NCBI GenBank assembly: GCA_951406725.2
Contig: OX597817.1
Location: forward strand, 90,830,001-90,894,000
DNA length: 64,000 bases
DNA from: Octopus vulgaris
Taxonomy: Eukaryota
Direction of reading: 5' to 3'
Shown one piece after another: positions 38,800 through 51,460 of this stretch. A program made the translations under genes and the position numbers. Under the pieces are notes generated by a model. That model was given only the letters and a program-made list of their open reading frames with translations. It did not search any database and had not been told where the DNA came from. Position 1 is the stretch's first letter. Each line of letters opens with the position of its first letter.

Positions 38800-40300
38800 T
38801 GTAACTGTGCAACAGCTATTCAGGCAGAAAATATGACTTACAATAGTGGGAGAATCTTATCCTCTCTTCAAAACTGTGAAGCATTCACACAGCAGTGCAA
38901 CTTTTATTCAACCTTTGGTGCACAAAGGATGCCTTTTGTGCATAGCATGACCCTCAAGCTTTCCCAACTCCCAAACTACAGCTGGCTCTTTTGGTCCCTA
39001 GCCAGAAAAATCTTCACCAAATTTGTAAAATCCTCTTTCCCTCCTCTTCTAAACAATACTGGTTCTGTAAGCTGTGCCCCTATAGAGAAAACCTCCATTT
39101 TCACTTTCCACTTTGCATACAACTCCACACTACACATCCTTAGACAATCTCCTTCAAATCTACACCAATCCACTCCAATAGGCTGCCTACTCTGCATGCA
39201 TGCATTCATACATACATACAAACACACACACAGACACACACACAGACACACATACATACCATGTACAGAAATATCTCTAATTGCTTCAAATAAACAAAGA
39301 CTTTAGCTGACAATACCCCATCCCTTGTACTCAAAATTTGCACCCCCAACCTTACTCTTTCACATAATTCTACTTTTCAGTCTTTCCTTCTCTATGGGAG
39401 ACCTTGACACACCTTTGTGCATCTCTTCCAAAAGAATGGTAAGTTCTCTGATCTAGCCAACTATCACACTCTTTTACTCAACTCTGACATTTCTAAGGTA
39501 ATGGAGATAGTTATTAGCAATGACATTCTCCAACACTTTGCATCTTTCATGTTCTCTCTTCACCTCTCTCTTCCCTCAGTGACCACAGAGCCAGATCTAC
39601 AGGCAACCTGTTCTCTCATGTTACTCACTAGTGGGATCTCACTTCAAATAAGATTAGTGAAAGCAATGTTGTTGATTTTCAAAGTGATATTTGCATGCCA
39701 GATGTTGTTTGGCATACAAATCTCCTTCCAAACTTCTGTCCTATGGGCTCTACCCACGTCTCATCTCTTGGATTAGTAGTTTCCAATCTGATTTCACCAT
39801 TGTGACATGTGTTGATGGAACACTTTTTACCAAATTCTGAATCAGTTTTAGTATTTCACAGGGTTTGGTTTTGTCCCCTTTTCTCTTCTTTCTACTTACC
39901 ACCACCTCAAACAATGTCAACTGTTATGTAGACAACACAACCCTTCATTTTTCCCTAACTTTCCTCAAACATGCATCATCCTGATGTAACCTAGATACTA
40001 CATGCCAAGCCTGCATCAATTACATAAATGAAAGCTTTTAGAGAATCCTTCAGAGGGGCCATAACAATCTTGTCTTTTTTCACAACACAAAAACTCAAGC
40101 ACTACTCATGACAAGAAGCACTTGTGTATCACCATCTATTGAATATGAACTGCACTCAGTCAGAGCCCTCATAGTTACTCCAAAAGCAGGGCCTCATGTG
40201 TATTACTGGGGATCTCTCTTGGTGAAAGCACATCTTTAACATAGGTAGCACAGAATCTCAAAGACTGATTCTTCTCTTCAGAGCCAGAAGATGTTTCAAG
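38800..40300 (+). mobile_element. Highly decayed CR1/L2/Crack-group LINE RT
   Basis: QKNGKFSDLANYHTLLLNSDISKVME (KKG..S...NYRPISL), ISQGLVLSPFLF, YVDNTTL (YADD) and NTKTQ. Confidence 0.75.
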
Positions 40301-40619
40301 AATAATGTGAATATTGGGACCAGCAGATGTTTGGTCTAGGTACTAGCATGAGGGTGAACTCTCCTAAAGATCAAGTATCAGGGTAGTAGTGTTGGTAATA
40401 ATGGTGTCACACCTACTCCCAACCTATGACCACAATATTGGTGTGACAGTTTTAGTAAGAACTCCATTTAATCCCATCTAAGTGATATATCTATAGTGGT
40501 GTGTTAATGTCGTTGATCAGTCTTTGATTGGCTTTTATTACCTGCATTATAGATTTGCTGCTGAAGAACCTACCACTAATAACAGCATCAACATGAGTAC
40601 CAACATGAACATGAAAGAC

Positions 40620-41020
40620 AATTGGCCAAAGTGAGCATCTAAATGACAGTTCAATCTTCAAGAAATGGAAACCAAATACCCAAATCATATTGTTGTCTTA
40701 AAAAGAAGGCAGGAAACATTGAATAATGTAGTTCTAGATGTGCTATTTCTGGAAACAGGATATAGTGGTCATGGTTGGAAAGCTTTTGAACATAGGTGCA
40801 AACAATTAACTGATAAAACAGCATATCAATGCAAGACCTTCTACATGGTGTCTTGATTTCCTACAAACACCACCCAAATCTCCCTCATATCATGCACCAA
40901 AGCATCTTAAATAGGAATAACACACAAGATAATGTCATTCTAGAAACACTGTATAAGATTTGAGAAGGTCATGTCTGGAATGTCGTTCATCATAGGATCA
41001 CCTGAGTGTAAACAATATCA
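40620..41020 (+). repeat. Dispersed repeat family, two adjacent diverged units
   Basis: The motif ccaaatctccctca.atca...gataatgt..ttctaga...ggtcatg.ctggaa.g..tt.gatcatagg is also at about 26340-26620, 27310-27470, 38210-38400 and, reversed, 58830-59000. Confidence 0.6.
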
Positions 41021-42916
41021 TCATCCCCATCTCCAAGCCCTCAAACAAGCATGGAGTTTGGACAACACAAAGGTGAGTTAAACAAGCAGATTGAAAGCTT
41101 GTGTTTATTGCTAAATTACATAAACACAGCCACTGCAATGCTAAAAGTATTCACCACATAATAACTACAAAAACCAAAACCAAATAATAAAAAAATAAAA
41201 AGAACGTTTTAATGAAATTAGCCAGTTGGAAATAGAAATGAGGAAATAATCATGCTTTAATAGGATTTCAGATCTATTGTCTTCGGTAAAAGAATGAAAT
41301 TCTATACCAAAATGTTACCATAACAAATTCTATTGTGCTACTCATTATGAAAACATTACTACAGTTCTGTGAGGAATTTATAAAGTCCTCTATCACACTT
41401 TGTAGTAATTGTCTGAACACTGAAAGTTCAAGCTAAAGCAGATAACATTTATGGAGATTCTGGCTTGTCAAAAATTCTTTAGTTTTTTATTTTTATTTTT
41501 TTTTACACAGCTGGTTAAGTCAACAGGGAATGGTTATAATTGATGAAAGAATTGGTTTATATTGGTGCTAAGCTATCCATAGAACTGTGATACAATAGCT
41601 GTTGTTGTTTGGTCTACATTACCCTTGATCTACAAACTTATTCCAGCTATGACCACCCTGCCTTCTTTTCTAGGTATAATGAACCTAAGACCATATCATT
41701 CAGTCCAGTGTACTATTCAGGGGAATATGATGTTCTTTGAAGAAAGATAATGGACAGAATCTTTGTAGTTTGATTAATATTACATTTACCCACATATTCA
41801 CATACAAATGTGTATGTGCGTGTGTGGGTTTGGGTGTACATATACGTAAATGATCAACCAGACTCCAAACAAGGCTAGAGTTGGTCTGTGTAGGCAAGAC
41901 TTATATTATGAAGTAAAAGAGTACAATAAAAAGAGTACAGTGAAGTTACTGTGGGGAGTGGAAAGTCCAATGTTTTGGACAATAGCCATTCTTCAGACAC
42001 AGTTTTGCATACCAACACCCTGATCTCACTAACCAATGCCACTATACTTATACCTCTGTAAACAAACATCTCACTTATTTCCATGCAAATATATTAATAT
42101 TAAAAAATTTCTATGTATGCAAACCTCTGTCATTGTGAAAACTATCTTTAAAATAGCATGTCAGTACTAGTGTATGGCCTTGTGTGTGTGTGGTTTCAAA
42201 AGAAAGAGGTGGCTTCATAGTACATATACCAATGGATTTTAAACTGTCCACGGCATTTACTGAAACTTGAGCATGAAAAATACTATATTCACACTTTAGC
42301 AAGAAAAAAAGAAACAAAGTAATCACACAAAAAATGTGAAAGAATGACAGAAAGAAAAAAAACAGGAATTCAAGCTTCAAGCTTTACAATGTTTCTCAAC
42401 TAAAGAATTTTCATGTCAGGTGTCTTTCGTGATTTGAAAGCCCTATACAGACATCCAGACAAAAATCTACCGAAGTTGACTGACATCCTTCTTTCTCTAT
42501 GCAACTGCCAAAAGAAGATTACTGTCGCTGAAACTCAATTGATGTGTAGTTGTAGAATTTGTCTTTCAGTTCCATCTCAATTTTCTCTCTGTCATATAAG
42601 TATGTGTGTATGTATGCATGTATATCATTAATTGATGTACATTGGTGGAGGATATAAACATCAGTAAGGTGGGAAAATAGTACTTTCTTAATGAAATCCC
42701 ATGTAATATTCACTCAATACCAAATTTCACACACTCCCTTGTCACTCTCACTGTCAGAAATGCAGCGAAACCATGATTAGTCCATCAGCACTGGTGTAAA
42801 ATAAATGAAACACAAAAAAAGACAAGTCCATGAAACAAGCTGTGGCACATGACAAAGAGATTGTAATCTTTTGCATAGAAAGACACAATGTATTCTATTC
42901 TGTTGTGGAGTTAGCT

Positions 42917-42961
<45 letters not shown>

Positions 42962-43870
42962 GTACATATGTGTATGTGTGTGTATGTGAATGTGTGTAAG
43001 ACTTACTATCTCTATCTTGAATCTCTGTCCCACAATTCTCCATTTCTTTCAACTCTCTCAACATTTGTCTTCATGTGGAAGTCCTATCACGTCACTGGTA
43101 TCATAACCAAAAGTGAATAGTGATGGAAATAATATAGATATGTTACAGAAATACAAACATACACAGGTCTTTCACATGTACAAACACAGTTGTTCAGCAT
43201 TTCTACATAGATACATATCTTCTTCCTATATGCGCGCGCACACACACACACACACACACACAAGCTCTCACACGCTTCTGTTCAAAAAACAAAATTTCTC
43301 ATCTAATCTTCAACAATCTCCGTTTAACAGAAATGAAACCTTGACTTGTGATTTTAACCATTTTCAGAAGACATGGAAATGTTGATAATCATTTCAGTCT
43401 TAGAATGATCCAAATTTTACAATACCAATGATTAATCTAACACTTAAAGTGTAAATCTGGAATCTTCAGCTTCATTATCATAGCACTAAAATTTGTAGAA
43501 CATTAAGAATAATAAATAATTAAAACATCATTACTTAAATACTTTGCTTTTGGTTTTTAGTCACTGATAACATCTCGCTTATTGCAATAACATAATTAAT
43601 AATGACAGAAGCAGTATTAATACCAAAATATAATATTAATCCCAATTTAGAAGTGGATGTTGTGTAAGAACACGGAATACTGCATTAGTTACCCAAAGAG
43701 AACCTTTCATATGGAATGGCACAAATTATCACTCATGTTTATAACGCTAGTGGGAGATAATCATGCACCATCACTGCCAAGAGTACCAGATCACATGATT
43801 TCAACTCTCCTTGGCTTTGTCAATAGTAGATACCCAAAGCTAAGGTAGCAGCAATAAGTATAGAATCTTC

Positions 43871-45256
43871 ATAATCAACAACAATGATGAAAAGAAATGG
43901 GGCGAGTGTGTCTCCCTGCAGTATTCCAGCTTTGATTGAGAAAGATGATGTTTCTCCGTCAGGGGTTAAGATGGTTGAAGACGTATCTGTGTAGAGGACC
44001 TTGATGGCAGAAATGATTTTGTCTGGTATCACATAGAGCTTAAGGATTTCAAACATCTTGTACCTATCTACAGAATCGAACGCTTTAGAAAAGTCTACAA
44101 ATACCATTGCAAGATTGTGATTAAATGCTTTTGATTCTTTAATAAGTCTGCGTAGGCATAGTATCTGGCTCAGCGTTGAGCGCCCATGTCTGAATCCATT
44201 TTGGTTCTTTCGGAGCAAAGGTTCAACAAAAAGGACAAGACGATTTAGGATCAGTTTGTTGTACAGTTTTGCAGCAATTGACATTAGAGATATACCCCTG
44301 TAGTTGGTGACGAGGGATAAATCGCCTTTTTTGGGTCAAAGCCGGAATACTGCAGGGAGACACACTCGCCCCATTTCTTTTCATCATTGTTGTTGATTAT
44401 GTGCTACGTATGTCAGTTGATACCATCTCTGGCAAGGGCTTTGAAATAAAACCAAGAAGTTCCAGACACCCAGCTGAGTACTTGACAGACACTGACTTTG
44501 CTGACGACATCGTTCTTATCAGTGATTCTCTCTCCAATGCCCAGTCTCTTTTACAATCTCTTGAACAAGCCTCAAATTGTGTAGGTCTTTACCTCAATGA
44601 GGCCAAGACTGAATACATAAACAAGTGTCTGTCCAACAGTGATTGCATCATCCATACTCTCAACAATGCGCCCTTAAATATGGTTTCTGATTACAAATAT
44701 CTTGGGTCATACATATCATCATCTGGAAATGACTTTCTAACTAGAAAGGGTATAAGATCTGGTAATGACATGCATAAGATCTGGTCATCAAATCTAAGTA
44801 GAGACTTCAAACTTGAAATCTTCAAAGCCACAGTCGAACCAATTCTACTATATGGCTCAGAAACCTGGACGTTATCAAAGAAGCTTGAGAGGTGGTTGGA
44901 TGGAACCTACACTCGCCTCCTTATGAGAGATCAAAATCTCTCGTGGAAGTGCCATCCAACCAAAATGCAAATATATGGGAAACTACCACCTGTGTCATCT
45001 CTTGTGAAAGGTAAGAGAGTCCAGTTTGCTGGACATTGTTGTAGAGCTGAAAAAGAGGTAAATTCTACTCTTCTCCTCTGGAAGCCATCTACTCGCAATA
45101 CCAGAGGGCGCACACTCTCCTACCCTGATGTAATCTCCAGGGATACAGACATCCAGCAACAGGACCTCCGTAATGCCATGATGGACCGTGAAGTCTGGTA
45201 AATTCCAGCATGGTAAATTCCATTGTCTCGACCACGGTTGAACAATGATGATGATG
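43871..45256 (+). mobile_element. Young RTE LINE insertion with 5' inversion and 11-bp TSD
   Basis: The inverted segment 43871-44335 reads PKKGDLSLVTNYRGISLMS...QNGFR...FVDFSKAFDSV...GILQGDTLAP. The sense segment 44336-45256 reads GILQGDTLAP...DFADD...YKYLGS...LLYGSETW...FAGHC and ends in (ATG)n. The TSD atagaatcttc is at 43860-43870 and 45257-45267. Confidence 0.95.
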
Positions 45257-45391
45257 ATAGAATCTTCGTGTGGAATCAGGCACTGGTGTTGTAAATAGTG
45301 ACATTTATAATAACATTTGCCTATTAGACTCAGCATTAACTTCAAATTAATATTATTATCGCTGTTATCATTTTATTACTATTATTATTAC

Positions 45392-46110
45392 CAAGGCAGT
45401 GAGCTGGCAGGATCATTAGAATGATGAGCAAAAGGCTTAGCGGTTAGTCAATCTTCACATTCTGGGTTCAAATTTTGCTGAGGCTGATTTTGCCTTTCAT
45501 CCTTTCAGGGTTAAGAAAATAAGTATCAGCTGAACACTGGGGTCGATGTAATCAACTTACCCCTCACACCAAAATTGCTGGCCTTGTGCCTAAATTCAAA
45601 ACTATCATTATTGTAATTGCTGTTATTATTATTATTATCATCATCATCAAGGAGGTGAGCTGACAGAATCGTTAGCATCTGTCTTGACGTTCTGAGTTCA
45701 AATTTCACCGAGATTGACTTTGCCTTTCATCCTTTTGGGGTTGATAAAATAAGTACCTCTCAAGTACTGGGGTCGATATAATTGACTTATCCCCCTTCCC
45801 CAAATCCCAGGCCTTGTGCCTATAATAGACAGGAGTCTGGTACAGCCCCTCAGCTTACCAGCCCTAGTCAAACCATCCAACCCATGCCAGCATGAATAAC
45901 GGATGTTAAATGATGATAATGATTACTAATCAAGTACAGGGGAAAATATTGTCTAACCCATTCCACTTAGAATTGCATACCTGCAAGGTTGACTTTGCCT
46001 TTCATCTTTTGGGATCAATAAAATAAATTAAGTACCAATTGATCCCTGGGATTGATGTAATTTACTTACACCCCCCCCTAAAGTTACTGACCTGTGCCAA
46101 AATTTAAAAT
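45392..46110 (+). mobile_element. Cluster of three SINE family A copies plus an RTE tail fragment (45830-45920)
   Basis: The core tttgcctttcatc is at about 45489, 45718 and 45994, with (ATT)n linkers. Confidence 0.85.
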
Positions 46111-47104
46111 CATTATTATAGCTATTATTTATTGTTATTATATTTGGCAGAATATTACAGGACTAGTGTGACCTGTAAATATTTCATGGAATTAATGATA
46201 AACCTATTGGGTTGTTTCTGGAAACTTTATCCAAAAAACCTGAATGTGCAGCTTGTGTTGTGTCTGTATGGAAAGATAGTCAATCATTTGATACTCATAT
46301 AAAAGTGAAAGAAATTGGAATACGATGATTACTTAATGCACTTTATATAAAAATTTTATATATTTTATGTACAATTTTATAGACTTAATACACAGCACTC
46401 ATAAAATAAATATTGACTCTTATTTTTCAAATTTTCCCATAAACAAAAAAATATCCTGTACATATGATACAACCTTTAGTTAAATTGCATATATCTGCCA
46501 TGTAAATAAGCATGAATATTTCATGGAATTGCACTTATGCACAAGTGTTAAGTGATAGGTGATAAAAAAAAACTTAGTTCAATAAAAAAAAAATACACTT
46601 TTCACTATCCAATCTCCACCACCTCCATCTCTCTCTCTCTCTCTTGCTTTAACCTCACCATCAGAACATCACCCCTCTGCTAAAATTATCTTTTTAACTC
46701 TCTTCTTCTACCTTTAACACTTTAACCATGTAATAAATATTATGTCAGGGACTCTTCTCTCTCCCTCTTTTTTGTTTCTCCCTCTTTCTGTCTCAGTCTT
46801 CACCTTATCCTCCTTTTTTTCTCTCCTCTCTTTCCCTTCAAATAATCACATGAAAGTATTACAATTACATTCCCTCTACCTCACATCGTGGATGCTTCTC
46901 ACTCTCACTTTTTCTCCCTCCCTCTTTTTCTTTCTCCCCCTTTTTCGCTAATCATGTGAAAGCATTACCCACAGGCTAAGTAATGCAATGACAAGCAGAA
47001 TTATTATAAGATTGAACAAACTACCTTGCAGTATTTTGCTCCATTCTAAGTTGAAATCCCACTGAAGTCAACTTTATCCTTCATTTCTCTATAACAAAAT
47101 CTTT

Positions 47105-47158
<54 letters not shown>

Positions 47159-47639
47159 AAGAGTGTGTGTGTGTATGTGTGTGTGCGCATGTGATTATCG
47201 TTTTTGTCAACCATATTGCTAAGCTCACTCTCAACAAAGAAAGGTCAATATTTTTTCATTCCAAAGATCATGTATTTTGCTGCAAAATATTTTGGTAAGT
47301 CTTCTTTTTCTTTTACTACTTAAATCCATGGAAACGCATTTTCCTTCAATATGGTTGTTTTGGTAGATGTTTCACTTTGCCATTTAATGCATGCATGTAA
47401 ACTAGATTTTTAAAAAAATTGTGTAACAAATTTTTTTTATTATTGTATTTTTTACTTTTTGCCTAAATCTTGTATAGGCAGACTTTTGATAGTCAGGTAC
47501 TCTGTGTATGAAATAAATTCTGCTATGAAGTTAAAACTTGTTAGAATCCACCCTTGGTGTACAATATCAAAAACACATCTGGAAAGGTGATTAAATAGTA
47601 AAAATGAAATTACTACAATTATTAATAATAATATTAGTT

Positions 47640-47860
47640 TCAAATTTTGGCAGAAAAACAGTACTTTCAGAGGTGGAGGATAAGTCGATTATCCCCACCA
47701 TCCACCCCAGTATTCAGCTGGTACTTATTTTATTGACCCAAAAAGGATGAAAGGCAAAGTTAATCTCAGCAGAATTTGAACTCAGAATTTAAAGATGGAT
47801 GAAATGCCACTAAACATTTTGCCTGGCATCTTAACAATTCTGTCAGCTTGTTGCCTTAAC
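47640..47860 (-). mobile_element. SINE family A
   Basis: ggtacttattttattgacccaaaaaggatgaaaggcaaagt...aatttgaactcag. Confidence 0.85.
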
Positions 47861-48154
47861 TACTAATAATAATATTAATAATTGTTTCTAACATAAGCAC
47901 AAGGCCAGAAATTTTCTGGAGGAGAACAATCGATTATATTATCGCCTGAACTTGAGAAGTATTTTATTATTTTCAGGGGCCTATGATTGAAATATTTACA
48001 ATACTGACACACATTTGGATTTCATCACATTTTCTATTGATATAGGGCTGGAGTTTGACCACAGGAAGTGTCCATATTTAACAAGTGAACATTGAAAAAC
48101 TGTTCTCTAAACTCAAAATCTTAACATCAGTAGTCTCTCTTTCTCTCTCTCTTG

Positions 48155-49050
48155 TTCCACAAAAGAAGTGCTACAAATATGTAGGTATTGATGAAAATAT
48201 ATGATACAAAGGTAGGAACAAAAATAGAGTAAACATAGAAATTACAGCAGACTGGAAAATATGTGGAAGCCAGAGTTTTCCTCTTACATGACAACATCCC
48301 ACAATGCATTTGCAGTGCCCATAACCGATACCAACATTTTTGATACCCAACTGTTCTATAGAAAAAATCCTTTCCAAAGATTCTAACATCAACAGCAAAT
48401 TTTACTAAAACAGTGATATTGACAGACACTGTCTTCGAAGAAAAGAGAGTGCCTTTGAGTGTCATGTGATATCACAGTGCTATATTGACCAGATCCTAAG
48501 ACCTCAAATCGTGCCCTTTTTTGCATGTCACCATAGTCACGTGTCCCAGCAGGACAATACTCCCTCCCACACAACCAGGGTCACCATGGACTTCCTGCGG
48601 CAGCACAACATGAGAACCATGACGTGGCCAGTTCTCAGCCTGGATGTGAGCCCAACTGAACACCTGTGGGATGAAATCCAGAGACAGCTGAACCAGGTGG
48701 TCCCAAGGCTGGTAACTCATGTGGAGCTGGAGCCAGCTTTCCTCAGAGTGTGGACAAAGGTGCCAATGGCTTTAGTGAACTGCTTCATGCACTCCATGTA
48801 CCAACAGTGTAGGGTCATTTTGAACACTCAGGGAGGGCATACACGGTATTGAACCTGTCATGCCCTACAATCTCGATTTGCTGGATCTGCCCACTACCAG
48901 AACACATGACAATGACCCATAGACTATAGACAAAGTGCATCCAAGAAATTGACTTTATCAGATTTATCAAAATTTATATCTGACATAATGAAATTAAAAC
49001 ATATTTCAGTCACAATCGTATCACGCATTTCTTTTGTATTTCAGTGTATA
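48155..49050 (+). mobile_element. Tc1-family transposon relic (C-terminal DD34E region)
   Basis: ORF 48466-48852 reads YIDQILRPQIVPF...QQDNTPSHT...WPVLSLDVSPTEHLWDEI...GGHTRY. A partial TIR pair is caaaagaagtgc (48160) and gcatttcttttg...cagtgTA (49025-49050). Confidence 0.88.
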
Positions 49051-49052
49051 AC

Positions 49053-49190
49053 TTAGTCGACTGTCAGGGTGGTAATCATGTACCCTACTTCATTGAAAAT
49101 TTTGAACATCTCCACAACTATCCCTGATGAACCTGCAGCTTTCCTTCTTTTCATGTTCTCAATTGCTTTATCCACCATGTGTACCATGGT
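49053..49190 (-). mobile_element. Short RTE RT N-terminal fragment
   Basis: MVDKAIENMKRRKAAGSSGIVVEMFK matches the (V..AI..MK.GKA.GP.GI..EMLK) motif. Confidence 0.7.
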
Positions 49191-49863
49191 ACAATGTTAG
49201 CTGTGGCTCAGCTGCATCAGTGTACACATTTTCTGCTCTTTAGTCCAAAAAAGGGGATGACCAGGTTGCCAAAATGAATTTTCTTTCACAACAGCAGCAA
49301 CAAAATATTTTGCTTTTTGAACTATATATTCACCTGCAGTATAAAAGAGGGTTTGCATTTCTGGCCAGCATGTCTGAAGAGGCATTGACAAGTGAAATAG
49401 GTGTGAAAGAGTTGCAGTTATATGCCATAACCAAGAATATATTTCTCAACACCATGAGAGAATATACATATGTATAACACACACAAACATAGATGCATAT
49501 TTATCTATCTTCATGTGTATGTGTGTATACATACATATATATATAGTTCAAATTTAGAGAAAAACAAAGATGAAGACAAGAAAGTGTATTAATTTGACAC
49601 TTGGGAAAAATGGAAATGTCTTTTACATTTCGAACCTGCACTCTTCGACGGAAAAGAATAAGAGGAAATAGAAAGTGAATGAAAAATCTGTGTTGAGTTT
49701 TGGTTGTCCAATATCTATCTCTGTATGTATGTGTGTGTGTATATATATATATATACATACATATATATATATATATATGTAGGTCCTGGGTTGAGTCGGG
49801 GTTAACCACAGTAAATAAGGTACTCAATACATAGCAGAGTAAATTAATTTATTTTATAGAAGG

Positions 49864-49914
49864 AACTTCTACAGGACTAGAACTGTTTCATTCAAATGAA
49901 ATCATCAGGAAGCT
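49864..49914 (-). ncRNA. Type I hammerhead ribozyme fold (left arm)
   Basis: AGCUUC-CUGAUGA-U.UUC(AUUU)GAA.U-GAAA-CAG(UUCUAGUC)CUG-U-A/GAAGUU. The core is intact and stems I-III can form. Confidence 0.75.
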
Positions 49915-50105
49915 TGCTGTCAAAATAAGTTTTGGCATTTATACATTTAGGCAGGTTTAATGGGGTGGTGGTGGGGGACATTTTTTGGGTAAGCAGGGCA
50001 CAAACTGTCTTTCTTAGGGGAGTGGTCAAAAGAATCAGTGATAAAGTAAATAAATGAATAAATAGAATAATTGAATAGAGTTTTAGGTAAATAAGAAGAC
50101 TATCG

Positions 50106-50145
<40 letters not shown>

Positions 50146-51006
50146 TACATACACATACATACACACACATACACATACATACACACACACATATATATAC
50201 ATACACACATATATACAAATACACATACACATACATGCCAACACGCAAACACACGCACACATATATCTACACATATATAAATAAATATATACACCCATAC
50301 ACACACACATATATATATATGTATATATACATACATATACACACACATTTTTATATACATATATACACACATATATATACACACATATATATATATATAC
50401 ATATATACACACATACATATATATATATATACATATATACACACATACATATACTCATATATATATATACATATATACACACACATACATATACTCATAC
50501 ATACACACATGTGTGTGTATGTATGAGTATATATATATGTGTGTGTATATATGTGTGTATATATATGTGTGTATATATGTATATAAAAATGTGTGTGTAT
50601 ATGTATATATACATATATATATATGTGTGTGTGTATGGGTGTGTATATTTATTTGTATATGTGTAGATATATGTGTGCATGTGTTTGCATGTTGGCATGT
50701 ATGTGTATGTGTATTTGTATATATGTGTATGTATATATATGTGTGTGTATATGTATGTGTATGTGTGTGTATGTATGTGTATGTATATATGTGTATATAT
50801 ATATATATATATAAGCGATAGTCTTCTTATTTACCTAAAACTCTATTCAATTATTCTATTTATTCATTTATTTACTTCATCACTGATTCTTTTGACCACT
50901 CCCCTAAGAAAGACAGTTTGTGCCCTGCTTACCCAAAAAATGTCCCCCACCACCACCCCATTAAACCTGCCTAAATGTATAAATGCCAAAACTTATTTTG
51001 ACAGCA

Positions 51007-51057
51007 AGCTTCCTGATGATTTCATTTGAATGAAACAGTTCTAGTCCTGTAGAGGCT
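51007..51057 (+). ncRNA. Type I hammerhead ribozyme fold (right arm)
   Basis: AGCUUC-CUGAUGA-U.UUC(AUUU)GAA.U-GAAA-CAG(UUCUAGUC)CUG-U-A/GAGGCU, with predicted cleavage after A51051. Confidence 0.75.
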
Positions 51058-51323
51058 CCTTCTATAAAATAAATATATATATATATATATAATGTTAATA
51101 ATAAGGAGGATGGAGATTTGTACATCGATAATTCAGTTTACAGTCATACACAGCATATTACCATGACTTATATGTGTTTGCACTGCAACTGTACACCATT
51201 GCAGATGCAACCTTGCAACAATGTCAGTGCAGTTTCATCAGGGTCTGTATATTAGATCCACTTTGAATTAAACTCTGCTCACAGAGCAAATACAGTATCC
51301 ACCTGGATAATGTATCCCTGCAA

Positions 51324-51367
<44 letters not shown>

Positions 51368-51415
51368 TACACACACACACATATATCTCTACACTTATCT
51401 ATACCTACCTACCTA

Positions 51416-51460
<45 letters not shown>

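Larger units (their letters stand above)
49847..51074. repeat. ~1.2-kb spacerless inverted duplication (palindrome)
   Basis: The unique arms 49847-50108 and 50813-51074 are reverse complements with 3 substitutions by eye. The irregular TA/CA microsatellite inside is also mirrored, with the centre at about 50510. Confidence 0.97.

Noticed and set aside
49610-49660. Hammerhead-like string on the minus strand (tcgaagag...ttcgaaatgta) next to the palindrome
   Set aside because: The core reads UCGAAGA rather than CUGANGA and stem I does not close directly. It is at most a degenerate relic.
50100-51029. Many overlapping 70-140 aa ORFs (YI/CV/HT-rich), including two near-identical ones on opposite strands
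   Set aside because: They are translations of TA/CA microsatellite and of the palindrome arms, with no protein-like composition.
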